DNA of 64,000 nt from NCBI GenBank assembly GCA_934098455.1, contig CAKOOU010000001.1, positions 199,933 through 263,932 of the forward strand, given 5' to 3'. This document shows, piece after piece, positions 47,505 to 57,064 of this stretch. A program made the position numbers and the translations under genes. Positions within the stretch are counted from its first letter, which is position 1, and each line of letters begins with the position of its first letter. The DNA is from an uncultured Bacilli bacterium (GTDB taxonomy: Bacteria > Bacillota_I > Bacilli_A > RF39 > UBA660). The notes under the pieces are model-generated. The model was not told the DNA's origin. It did no database searches and saw only the letters and a list, made by a program, of their open reading frames with translations.

Positions 47505-49667
47505 ATGAACAAAGAAAAAGTTATAAAAGTATTAAAATTTCTAGGAATATGTATAATATCTTACTGTGGAATATTTATATTGAATAATATTAGAAATATA
47601 ATTAGTATAATATTAAAAAGTAATAAAGGTATAACTTTTATATCTATTCCTATAATATTATCTTTAATAATATTTATGTTTTATATTTATAAAGTTAAGA
47701 AAAAAAACAAATACTTTAATATAGCGTTTATATTAATGTTATTATTTTATAATACTTGCAATGGAGTTTTTTACTCAGCAGACATAACTACATTTTTCAT
47801 ATTATATTTAGTTTTATTAATATTTACATTTAGATTGTATCTTAATAACAAAAATTTTTCATTATCTTTAATTGCAGGTTTTTCAATAACAATATTACTA
47901 ACTTTAATTATAGGATTATTAGGAATGTTAAAACTAGTAAAATATTTATTAGTAATATATGCAATATATAATCTAATATATTTTTATAAAAATCAAAAAA
48001 GACTCAATATAAAAAATAATTTAAATAATTTTTTTGATAAAGAATTATTAATGTTTACTATATTATTTATAATTGCAATAGTTGGTGGCGTAGGAAGATT
48101 TGTGCACGTATATGACGAATATTCGCATTGGGCATATGATGCCAAGGCAGTTATAAATTATGATAAATTTACAACATCAAAAGAAATAATGTCTAAAAGT
48201 AGAGGTTATGCACCTATATTAACTTCATGGTATTATATAACAGCACAATTCTCAAAAGGATTTAATGAATCTAATTTATATATTTCGCTTGCAATATTTA
48301 TTTCTATATATTTAATGAGTATAACAATAAATAAAAAGAACAATAATTATTCATTCTTTTCAATTATATTCGCATACATGTCATGTTTTATTTTAGGAGG
48401 AGTTTATTCTTTTGATAATTTATATGCAGATTTAGCATTTGGCGCCGTATTTGGTGCTACACTTATAACTATATTTATCAAAGATGATAATAAAAAAATA
48501 TTAATGATTCCATTATTAATACTATTAACTCTTATTAAGCCAAGTGGATGCACTGCATCATTTACAATATTGCTAATTATAATGTTGAAATATTTTGTTG
48601 ATAATAGCTCAAAAAAATTAATTGAAAATATTAAAAATTTCATGAAGGAATATTGGAAATATATTCTAGCAACAATTATTTGTTTCATTGGATGGAGACT
48701 GTATGTAGCAATAACTTCAAAAATAAATACAGAGTTCTTTACACTAGATTTGAGACCAAGAGGACTTTATTCTGATTTAGCAGATAAATTAAATAAAAAT
48801 TTTATAAGTAATTTTATAACTCTAATAATTAATACATTTGATGAACAATTATTATTTGGAAATATTAATATAACTTTATATCAATTTTTAATAATTATTT
48901 TTACATTATTATTTATACTTATTAAGCAAATTAATAACAATTATAATAAAACTATTAAATATACAATAATATTATTATTTTCGTACATAGTATTTTTTGC
49001 ACTAACAACATTTTCAATATTTTATGCATTATCATACTATGAAGCAACAATTATAGCTTCATTTGGAAGATATTTAAACTCTATCCATATAGCGTTTATT
49101 ATGTTAGCTTTATATTTATTTAATCAATTACATAATAATAAAAAATATAGTTCTCAAACATTAGTAATATTATTAATATCTTTAACTTTATTAACAAATA
49201 GCAAACAAGTATTTTATTTTGTTTTAGATATAAAAGAAAGAAATGCAACACATGAAATAAGTGATAAATTAAGTGATAAGTTTACTGAATTGAACAATAA
49301 GACATCAAAAAATAGCAAAGTTTTTGTAATTGATCAAGAAGATAAAGATGGTATAATGGCAATGTGGTATGCAAGATATTATGCATTTCCAAGAAAGATA
49401 AATGCATCAAGTTCAGCTATAGCATGGAAAGTAAAAACAGAAAAAAATAAAGATGATTTGCAAGACTGGGGATTAACAAGAAATAAATTTCTTACAGAAC
49501 TAAGAAAAGAGAAATTTGAATATTTATATTTTTACAGTATTGACGATGAACTCATAAATTTATTAAAAGAGGATTTTGTTGTATATGATAGTAATTCAAA
49601 AGTATATAAAATAATATATAAGGGAAAAAAAATTAAATTTGAACCTGTATATAACATAATAAAATAA
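47505..49667 (+). CDS. Large polytopic membrane protein with a C-terminal soluble domain, candidate GT-C glycosyltransferase/polymerase
   Basis: 720 aa with about 14 TM helices, a loop 'GRFVHVYDEYSHWAYDAK', and a ~130-aa hydrophilic C-terminus. I recognise no family by eye. Confidence 0.4.
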   Translation: MNKEKVIKVLKFLGICIISYCGIFILNNIRNIISIILKSNKGITFISIPIILSLIIFMFYIYKVKKKNKYFNIAFILMLLFYNTCNGVFYSADITTFFILYLVLLIFTFRLYLNNKNFSLSLIAGFSITILLTLIIGLLGMLKLVKYLLVIYAIYNLIYFYKNQKRLNIKNNLNNFFDKELLMFTILFIIAIVGGVGRFVHVYDEYSHWAYDAKAVINYDKFTTSKEIMSKSRGYAPILTSWYYITAQFSKGFNESNLYISLAIFISIYLMSITINKKNNNYSFFSIIFAYMSCFILGGVYSFDNLYADLAFGAVFGATLITIFIKDDNKKILMIPLLILLTLIKPSGCTASFTILLIIMLKYFVDNSSKKLIENIKNFMKEYWKYILATIICFIGWRLYVAITSKINTEFFTLDLRPRGLYSDLADKLNKNFISNFITLIINTFDEQLLFGNINITLYQFLIIIFTLLFILIKQINNNYNKTIKYTIILLFSYIVFFALTTFSIFYALSYYEATIIASFGRYLNSIHIAFIMLALYLFNQLHNNKKYSSQTLVILLISLTLLTNSKQVFYFVLDIKERNATHEISDKLSDKFTELNNKTSKNSKVFVIDQEDKDGIMAMWYARYYAFPRKINASSSAIAWKVKTEKNKDDLQDWGLTRNKFLTELRKEKFEYLYFYSIDDELINLLKEDFVVYDSNSKVYKIIYKGKKIKFEPVYNIIK

Positions 49668-49683
49668 AAAGGAGTTAAACAAA

Positions 49684-50484
49684 ATGAAAAAAATGACAGA
49701 AAAAGAAGCAAAACAATGTATGATTAATATATTATCTTATATCGATAATATATGTAGAAAAAATAAAATAAATTATAGTATATATTACGGTTCTCTTATT
49801 GGAGCAATAAGACATAAAGGTATTATTCCATGGGATGATGATATAGATATTATTCTATTAAAAGAGGATTATGACAAATTGATAAAAATATTAAAAACTC
49901 AAAACAACGAATATAAAATTCTTGATGAGACAACAGATACAAAATGTGTTTTGCCATTTGCAAAATTAGTAAATACTAAAACTTATATAGAACAAGATAA
50001 TATGAATAAAGATAATAATATGGGATTATTTGTAGATATATTTTGTTTTAATAATTTTCCTGACAAAGACAAAAAGTTATATTACAAAAAAATTATTTTT
50101 TATAAATTATTGATAGATGGTTTAAACTATAAAAATTTTAAAAAAGGAGAAGACTATTACTATTTAAAAAAGATAAGAAATATTATTGCGAAAATATTCG
50201 GAAAAAAATATTTGATGAAAAAATATATAAAATTATGTAATAAATACAATAATTGCAAAACGAATAGAGTTATTTCAAATTGGCCAGAATATTATAATCC
50301 ATTAGAAAAAGAAATTGTAAATAAAAGTGAATTTAAAAATTTTATAAGAGTAGACTTTGAAAATATAAAAGTAATGATAACAAAAGATTATGATGTATTA
50401 TTAAAAAGATATTTTGGTGATTATATGACTCCACCACCTAAAGAAAAAAGAATCAATCATGGATTTAATGCTTATTGGAGGTAG
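49684..50484 (+). CDS. licD: LicD-family phosphotransferase (phospho-alcohol transferase)
   Basis: 'YYGSLIGAIRHKGIIPWDDDIDI' DXD-type LicD signature, and 'ggag' SD. Confidence 0.8.
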   Translation: MKKMTEKEAKQCMINILSYIDNICRKNKINYSIYYGSLIGAIRHKGIIPWDDDIDIILLKEDYDKLIKILKTQNNEYKILDETTDTKCVLPFAKLVNTKTYIEQDNMNKDNNMGLFVDIFCFNNFPDKDKKLYYKKIIFYKLLIDGLNYKNFKKGEDYYYLKKIRNIIAKIFGKKYLMKKYIKLCNKYNNCKTNRVISNWPEYYNPLEKEIVNKSEFKNFIRVDFENIKVMITKDYDVLLKRYFGDYMTPPPKEKRINHGFNAYWR

Positions 50485-50485
50485 T

Positions 50486-51568
50486 ATGGAAAATAAAATA
50501 AATTTTACAGTTGGTCCAGTACAAATGGATGATGAAACAAGAAAAATTGGAATGAATCAAATACCTTATTTCAGAACAAGTGAGTTTTCTAATTTAATGT
50601 TAGAAAATGAAGAACTAATAAAAAAATTTTCTATAGCACCAGAAAACAGTAGAGCAGTATTTATGACTGGATCTGGAACAGCATCAATGGAAGCAACTGT
50701 ATTAAATTGCCTAACGAAAGATGATAAAGTGTTAGTTGTAAATGGTGGAAGTTTTGGTAAAAGATTTGTAGAATTACTAAAACTATATGAAATACCACAT
50801 GTTGAAATAAAATTAAATACAGGAGAACAATTAACTAGTGAAATCTTAGAAGATTATAATGATAAAAGTTTTACAGCATTCATGATAAATATACATGAAA
50901 CTTCTACAGGTGTTAGATATGATTTAGATTTAATTGGTAATTTTTGTAAAAAAAACAACCTATTATTAATAGTTGATTCTATAAGTTCATTTTTAGCAGA
51001 TGAAATAGATATGACTAAAAATAAAATTGATGTATTAATAATAGGCTCGCAAAAAGCGCTTGCATGTCCTCCAGGTATTTCAATAATTGTATTATCAGAA
51101 AGTGCAATTAATAAAATATATAAAAATGATGCAAAATGCTACTACTTAAATTTAAAAAGTGCATTAGAAAATCAAAAAAGAGGACAAACACCATTCACTC
51201 CAGCAGTAGGAATTTTAATTCAAATAAATAGTAGATTAAAATTAATTGACAAAAATGGCGGAGTAAAAAAAGAAATAGAAAAAACAAAACATTTAGCAGA
51301 ATATTTTAGAAGCAAAATAAATAATTTTCCATTTAAAATGGTAACAGATTTTCCATCAAATGCAGTCACATCTTTATATTCTCTAAATAATAGAGCTAAT
51401 GAGATATTTTTAACACTAAAAGATAATTATAATATATGGGTATGTCCTAATGGTGGAGAATTAAAAGATAAAATTTTTAGAGTAGGACACATAGGACACT
51501 TAACTGAAAAAGATTACGATGAATTAATTAATGCATTAGAAGATATGAATAAAAAAGGACTATTATAA
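50486..51568 (+). CDS. Class V (AGXT/SerC-like) PLP aminotransferase
   Basis: 'FTVGPVQM', 'GSGTASMEA' and 'IIGSQKALACPPG' (PLP lysine). The ATG lies 1 nt after the licD stop. Confidence 0.75.
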   Translation: MENKINFTVGPVQMDDETRKIGMNQIPYFRTSEFSNLMLENEELIKKFSIAPENSRAVFMTGSGTASMEATVLNCLTKDDKVLVVNGGSFGKRFVELLKLYEIPHVEIKLNTGEQLTSEILEDYNDKSFTAFMINIHETSTGVRYDLDLIGNFCKKNNLLLIVDSISSFLADEIDMTKNKIDVLIIGSQKALACPPGISIIVLSESAINKIYKNDAKCYYLNLKSALENQKRGQTPFTPAVGILIQINSRLKLIDKNGGVKKEIEKTKHLAEYFRSKINNFPFKMVTDFPSNAVTSLYSLNNRANEIFLTLKDNYNIWVCPNGGELKDKIFRVGHIGHLTEKDYDELINALEDMNKKGLL

Positions 51569-51585
51569 AAATTAAAGAGGTACAA

Positions 51586-52899
51586 ATGAAAAAAGTAATT
51601 ACATATGGAACATTCGATTTATTACATTACGGACACATAAAATTATTAGAACGAGCTAAAGCGTTAGGAGATTATTTAATAGTTGGTATAACTTCAGATG
51701 ATTATGATAAAACAAGAGGAAAAATAAATAATCAGCAATGTTTAGCGGAAAGAATACAAAATGTAAAAGAAACAGGATTAGCAGACTTAATAATAATTGA
51801 AGAATATGAAGGTCAAAAAATAGATGATATTAAAAGATATGATATAGATATATTTACTGTTGGCTCAGACTGGGAAGGATTCTTTGATTATTTAAAAGAA
51901 TATTGTGAAGTTGTATATTTACCTAGAACTAAGGGTGTTTCAAGTACACGATTAAGAAGTGAAAATAGAGAATTAAAAATGGGAATAGTAAGTGATTCAG
52001 CTAATTATATCTCAAAATTTCAAAAAGAAGATAAATATGTTAATGGAATAGAATTTATAGGAATATGTACTAATAATCTAGAAAATATGAGTAAAGAAAT
52101 AAAGTCATTACCAATTATTACCAATAATTATGATGAATTATTAAATAAGGTTGACGCACTTTTTATAAAGTCTGACTATGAAAAACGATATAACCTTATA
52201 AAAAAAGCATTAATAAAAGGTAAAAGTGTATTATGTGAATCACCTATCTCATTAAACAAAAAAGAATGCGAAGAATTATTTGAATTAGCTGAAAATAATG
52301 ATTGTGTTTTAGTAGAAGGAATAAGAACAGCATATTCAACTGCCTACGAAAGACTACAATTATTAATAAAATCTGGTAAAATTGGAAAAATACTAAATGT
52401 TTCTGCAACATGTACAAGTATGACAAAAGATTATAGAAAACATAATCATAGTTTATACGAATGGGGTTCCAATGCCTTATTACCTGTATTTCAAATACTA
52501 GGAACACAATATAAGAATAGAAATATAATTACATATGACTCAAATGGAGATGCATTTACTAAAATAGATTTTCTATATGATAATGCTTGTGCAACAATTA
52601 TAGTAGCAGAAGGAGCAAAATCTGAAGGAAGTCTAGTTATTACTGGAACTAAAGGATATATTTATGTACCAGCACCATGGTGGAAAACAGATTATTTTGA
52701 AGTAAGATATGAAAACACAAATGAAAATAAAAGATACTTTTACCAATTAGATGGTGAAGGTATAAGATATGAATTAGTTGAATTTGCAAGAGCAGTAAAA
52801 ACAAAAAAATCTGATATTTATATTTCTAAAAATATAAGTATGGAAATTTGTAAAATAATGGAAGATTTTAAAAATGATAAAGATATAAATAGAATATAA
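51586..52899 (+). CDS. Fusion: TagD-type cytidylyltransferase (N-terminus) + Gfo/Idh/MocA oxidoreductase (C-terminus)
   Basis: N-terminus: 'ITYGTFDLLHYGHIKLLERAK' (HxGH) and 'RTKGVSSTRLR' (RTxGISTT). C-terminal ~300 aa have the Gfo/Idh/MocA layout ('LKMGIVSDS', 'KSVLCESPISL'). Confidence 0.7.
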   Translation: MKKVITYGTFDLLHYGHIKLLERAKALGDYLIVGITSDDYDKTRGKINNQQCLAERIQNVKETGLADLIIIEEYEGQKIDDIKRYDIDIFTVGSDWEGFFDYLKEYCEVVYLPRTKGVSSTRLRSENRELKMGIVSDSANYISKFQKEDKYVNGIEFIGICTNNLENMSKEIKSLPIITNNYDELLNKVDALFIKSDYEKRYNLIKKALIKGKSVLCESPISLNKKECEELFELAENNDCVLVEGIRTAYSTAYERLQLLIKSGKIGKILNVSATCTSMTKDYRKHNHSLYEWGSNALLPVFQILGTQYKNRNIITYDSNGDAFTKIDFLYDNACATIIVAEGAKSEGSLVITGTKGYIYVPAPWWKTDYFEVRYENTNENKRYFYQLDGEGIRYELVEFARAVKTKKSDIYISKNISMEICKIMEDFKNDKDINRI

Positions 52900-52914
52900 A
52901 ATGGAGTAGAAAAT

Positions 52915-53628
52915 ATGAAAGAAAAAATTTTATTAATAATTCCTTCATACAACGAAGAAAAAAATATATTAAAAGTTTATAATGAAATAAATACTTATAA
53001 CAAACAAAACAAAATAAAATATGATTATATATTTATAAATGATTGTAGTACTGATAAATCAGAAAAGATATTTAAAGAAAATAATATTAATCACATAAAC
53101 TTAATTCACAATTTAGGAATAGGTGGAGCAGTACAAACAGGATATAAATATGCATTAGAAAACAATTATGATATAGCAATCCAATTTGATGGTGATGGAC
53201 AACACGACATTAATTATGTAAGTAAAATAATTGAACCAATTATCAATAAAAAATCAAATATGGTAATAGGCTCAAGATTTATTGATGATTCAAGTGATTT
53301 TAAATCAACCAAAATGAGACAATGTGGAATAACTTTAATATCTTTCTTTATAAAATTATTTACACATAAAAAAATACATGATACAACTAGTGGATTTAGA
53401 GCAGTTGACAAAAAACTAATTACTGAATTTGCAAAATATTATCCAATAGAATATCCAGAACCAGTATCAACAGTTACAATATTAAAAAAAGGATATACTA
53501 TTTCAGAAGTTGGTGTAAGTATGAATGAAAGAAAAGAAGGAACATCATCTATCAAAACATGGAAATCAGTATATTACATGATAAATGTAATATTATCAAT
53601 AATAGTCACAGGCATAAGGAGAAGTTAA
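52915..53628 (+). CDS. GT2 polyprenyl-phosphate glycosyltransferase (GtrB/GacI/DPM1-like)
   Basis: 'LLIIPSYNEEKNI', 'INDCSTDKS' and 'FDGDGQHD', with a C-terminal TM. Confidence 0.8.
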   Translation: MKEKILLIIPSYNEEKNILKVYNEINTYNKQNKIKYDYIFINDCSTDKSEKIFKENNINHINLIHNLGIGGAVQTGYKYALENNYDIAIQFDGDGQHDINYVSKIIEPIINKKSNMVIGSRFIDDSSDFKSTKMRQCGITLISFFIKLFTHKKIHDTTSGFRAVDKKLITEFAKYYPIEYPEPVSTVTILKKGYTISEVGVSMNERKEGTSSIKTWKSVYYMINVILSIIVTGIRRS

Positions 53629-53629
53629 T

Positions 53630-53986
53630 ATGACAGGTAAACTATTAATCTATTCAATAATAATAACTCTATTTATAATATTAGTAATATTAAATATATT
53701 AAAAAAAGGTAGAATGAATATTAAGTATTCTTTAGTATGGTTAGTTGCATTTGGATTATTATTAATATCTTTACTAGTACCAAATCTATTAAATGTAATT
53801 ACTAAATTTTTAGGCTTTAATTTATCATCAAATTTAATAATTGTATTCTTTATAGGTATACTTGTAGTAATAAATATTTCTATGACAATTATTATATCTG
53901 GCCAAACAGAAAAAATTAAATTACTAGTACAAGAAGTATCTATGTTAAAAAAAGAGGTAAAAGAAAATGAGAAATCAAAAAAGTAA
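53630..53986 (+). CDS. DUF2304/GacJ-like small membrane protein
   Basis: 118 aa with 3-4 TM helices plus a charged coiled C-tail. It immediately follows the GtrB-like GT2, as in gacI-gacJ pairs. Confidence 0.6.
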   Translation: MTGKLLIYSIIITLFIILVILNILKKGRMNIKYSLVWLVAFGLLLISLLVPNLLNVITKFLGFNLSSNLIIVFFIGILVVINISMTIIISGQTEKIKLLVQEVSMLKKEVKENEKSKK

Positions 53987-55103
53987 AAATTTATTAATTT
54001 TTTCTGGTTATCACTTACCTCATCTTGGTGGTATTGAAAGATATACAGATAATTTATCACAAGAATTTAAAAAATTAGGATGGAATATAACAATTGTCTC
54101 TTCAAACTATGATAACTTAAAAACAGAAGAAGATATTAATGGTATAAAAAACTATAGAATACCAATATATAATTTATTTAAATCAAGATATCCCATTCCA
54201 AAACATAATAAAGAGTTTAAAAATATATTTAAAGAACTAGACAAAAAAGAATATGATGCAGTGATTGTAAATACAAGATTTCACTTAACTACAATGGTTG
54301 GAGCAAAATATGCAAAAAAACATAACATTCCAGTATTCTTAATAGAACATGGTTCAGAACATTTAACAATAGATAATAAAGTATTAGATTTTTTTGGAGC
54401 AATATATGAACATTGTTTAACACACTTTGTAAAAAAATATGTAAATTATTATTATGGAGTTTCATTGGGTGCTTGTGAATGGCAAAAACATTTTGGAATA
54501 AACTCTGATGGTGTGTGGTATAATTCAATCAACGAATTCTATGATGTAAACAAAATAAAAAAGAATGAAAAGAAAATAATTATAACTTATGCAGGAAGAA
54601 TATTAAAACAAAAAGGAGTTTATGAATTATTAGAAAGTTTTGAAAATCTTAGTAAACAATATAACAATATAGAATTACATTTAGCTGGAAACGGTAATCA
54701 ACTAGATATATTAAAAGAAAAATACAAAGATAATAAAAATATTATATTTGAAGGAAAATTGGACTTTAAAGAGTTAACAAAATTATATGAAAAAACAAAT
54801 ATATTTGTATATGCGCCTTTATGGCCAGAAGGATTACCTACTTCAATATTAGAAGCTGGATTAATGAAATGTGCAATCATATCTTCACCACAAGGTGGAA
54901 TAAAAGAAATAATAAACGATAAACAAAATGGTATAATGATTAATTCAAAAAAAGAATTAGAAGATGCTTTAGAATTGTTAATCAATAATAAAGATTTAAG
55001 AAATAAATATAGTGAAGAAATATATAGAACTGTATGTGATAAATTCTTATGGAAAAACACAGCAAAGAAAATAGAGAGTGATATAAATGAAAGAATCAAA
55101 TAA
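53967..55103 (+). CDS. GT4-family glycosyltransferase
   Basis: 'PHLGGIERYTDNL', 'YAGRILKQKGV' and 'PLWPEGLPTSILEAGLMKCAIISSPQGG'. Confidence 0.8.
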   Translation: MRNQKSKNLLIFSGYHLPHLGGIERYTDNLSQEFKKLGWNITIVSSNYDNLKTEEDINGIKNYRIPIYNLFKSRYPIPKHNKEFKNIFKELDKKEYDAVIVNTRFHLTTMVGAKYAKKHNIPVFLIEHGSEHLTIDNKVLDFFGAIYEHCLTHFVKKYVNYYYGVSLGACEWQKHFGINSDGVWYNSINEFYDVNKIKKNEKKIIITYAGRILKQKGVYELLESFENLSKQYNNIELHLAGNGNQLDILKEKYKDNKNIIFEGKLDFKELTKLYEKTNIFVYAPLWPEGLPTSILEAGLMKCAIISSPQGGIKEIINDKQNGIMINSKKELEDALELLINNKDLRNKYSEEIYRTVCDKFLWKNTAKKIESDINERIK

Positions 55104-56325
55104 TATAAAAAAAAATATTGTTTGGAATACAATAGGTGTTTTAACAATATCATCAACTTCATTATTATATACACTAATATTAACACACTTTTGTAATTTG
55201 AAAGATGTAGGAATATTTTCGTTCGCATTTTCTTTTGCATGTATGATGATAACATTAGCTTCTTTTGGAGGAAGAACAATTCATATAACTGATAGTAATA
55301 ACAATAATTCTAACATTTCATATATAATAACAAAATATATTACTGTTTTGATAACTTTTTTAATAGTTTTGATATATATAGCTATTAAATCTTATTCAAT
55401 TACAAAAACAACATTAATAATAATACTGTGTTTATTTAAGTTCTTTGAAGAAATAAGCGACGTATATTATGGAGTACTTCAAAAAGAAAACTATTTATAT
55501 AAAGTTGGAATATTTCAAACGGTAAAATCAATCATAAATATAATTTTATTTACTTTAATAATTGTGTTTTCCAAAAATATTATACTATCAAGTTCATCTA
55601 TTTTAATTGTAAATATTTTATTTGCTTTAATAATAGAAAGGCATGCTGCAAAAACAGCAAATAATTGGAAATTTGAAATAAAGACAAAAGAAATAAAAAA
55701 TATACTATATCAAAATTTTTATGTTTGTTTTTTTACATTTCTAACTTCATATATAATTAGTTCACCAAAATACGCAATAGATAAGTATTTGATAGATGAT
55801 ATGCAAGCTATATTTAACATAATTCTTATGCCAGCAACTTTTATATATTTGTTAGCGGGATTCATTCTAAGTCCATTTATGGTGGAAATATCAAAGGAAA
55901 TAGAAAAGAAAGAGTATGATAAATCAAAAAAAAGAGTAATTAAAATAATTAGTATTATCTTATTATTAGGAATAATATCACTCATAGGTTGTTATTATTG
56001 TGGAATACCTATTTTAAATATAATTTATGGCATAGATTTAACTGCTTATAAATTTGGATTTTTAATAATCATTTTAGGTTCTATAATGTACTCTATTTCA
56101 GTAGCTATTTCAACTATATTAATTGCTTACAGGGAACTAAAAATACAAACCATTATATCACTAGTACTTTCTATATTAAGCTATTTAATTTGTAATATAT
56201 TAGTAAAAAAACTGAGTATAACAGGAGGATGTTATGCCTACCTAATTGTTGTTTCTTTAAGAGCTTTAATATATATTATTTTATTTTTAAGTGTTATAAA
56301 AAAAAGAAAGAGAGGTAATAATTAA
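55087..56325 (+). CDS. wzx: Wzx-type (MOP superfamily) polysaccharide flippase
   Basis: 412 aa with about 12 TM helices and the N-terminal pattern 'NIVWNTIGVLTISSTSLLYTLILTH'. Confidence 0.7.
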   Translation: MKESNNIKKNIVWNTIGVLTISSTSLLYTLILTHFCNLKDVGIFSFAFSFACMMITLASFGGRTIHITDSNNNNSNISYIITKYITVLITFLIVLIYIAIKSYSITKTTLIIILCLFKFFEEISDVYYGVLQKENYLYKVGIFQTVKSIINIILFTLIIVFSKNIILSSSSILIVNILFALIIERHAAKTANNWKFEIKTKEIKNILYQNFYVCFFTFLTSYIISSPKYAIDKYLIDDMQAIFNIILMPATFIYLLAGFILSPFMVEISKEIEKKEYDKSKKRVIKIISIILLLGIISLIGCYYCGIPILNIIYGIDLTAYKFGFLIIILGSIMYSISVAISTILIAYRELKIQTIISLVLSILSYLICNILVKKLSITGGCYAYLIVVSLRALIYIILFLSVIKKRKRGNN

Positions 56326-57056
56326 TGAGTATACCAAAAAAAATTCATTATTGTTGGTTTGGAGGGAATCCATTACCAGAATTAGCACAAAAATGCATAG
56401 ATAGTTGGAAAAAATATTTGCCTGATTACGAAATAATAAGATGGGATGAAAGCAATTTTGATTTTTCTATTAATGATTATGTTAGAGAAGCATATGAAAA
56501 TAAAAAATGGGCTTTTATAACAGATTATGTAAGATTATATGTTTTATATAATTACGGCGGTATCTATATGGATACAGACGTAGAAGTCTTAAAACCATTT
56601 GATGAATTATTAACACACAAGGCATTTTCCGGTTTTGAAGATAAAATAAATATACCTACTGGTATAATCGCATCAGAAAAACATAATAAATGGATTAAAT
56701 ATTTATTAGATTATTATAAAGATAGACATTTTATTGTTGATGGAAAAATAAATTATACTACAAATGTATTAATAATAACTGAAATGACAAAAAAGAAATA
56801 CGGCTTAAAGCAAAATAATACTTATCAAGATTTAAAAGATGTAGTTTTTTATCCAAATGACTATTTTTGTCCAAAAGATCATATTAATGGAGAAATATAT
56901 TTAACTGATAACACGTACTGTATTCACCATTTCTCTGGTTCTTGGCAATCTAAAGGAATGAAATTCAGAGAAAAAGTTTTTAGGACAATACACAAAATTT
57001 TTGGTAGGAAAGTATCAGACTTTATGTATAAATTATACAAAAAGATTGTAAAATAG
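56325..57056 (+). CDS. GT32-like DXD glycosyltransferase (paralog of the 43528 N-domain)
   Basis: 'IHYCWFGGNPL', 'SWKKYLPDYEIIRWDE' and 'GGIYMDTDV'. Confidence 0.75.
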   Translation: MSIPKKIHYCWFGGNPLPELAQKCIDSWKKYLPDYEIIRWDESNFDFSINDYVREAYENKKWAFITDYVRLYVLYNYGGIYMDTDVEVLKPFDELLTHKAFSGFEDKINIPTGIIASEKHNKWIKYLLDYYKDRHFIVDGKINYTTNVLIITEMTKKKYGLKQNNTYQDLKDVVFYPNDYFCPKDHINGEIYLTDNTYCIHHFSGSWQSKGMKFREKVFRTIHKIFGRKVSDFMYKLYKKIVK

Positions 57057-57064
57057 GTAATAAA

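Noticed and set aside
50486-52899. The aminotransferase, cytidylyltransferase and LicD as a 2-aminoethylphosphonate (CMP-AEP) decoration pathway.
   Set aside because: No PEP mutase or phosphonopyruvate decarboxylase is present in the window. The aminotransferase has an AGXT/SerC-like 'SQK' lysine context rather than an obvious PhnW signature. The cytidylyltransferase is TagD-type and fused to a dehydrogenase, which fits polyol chemistry better.
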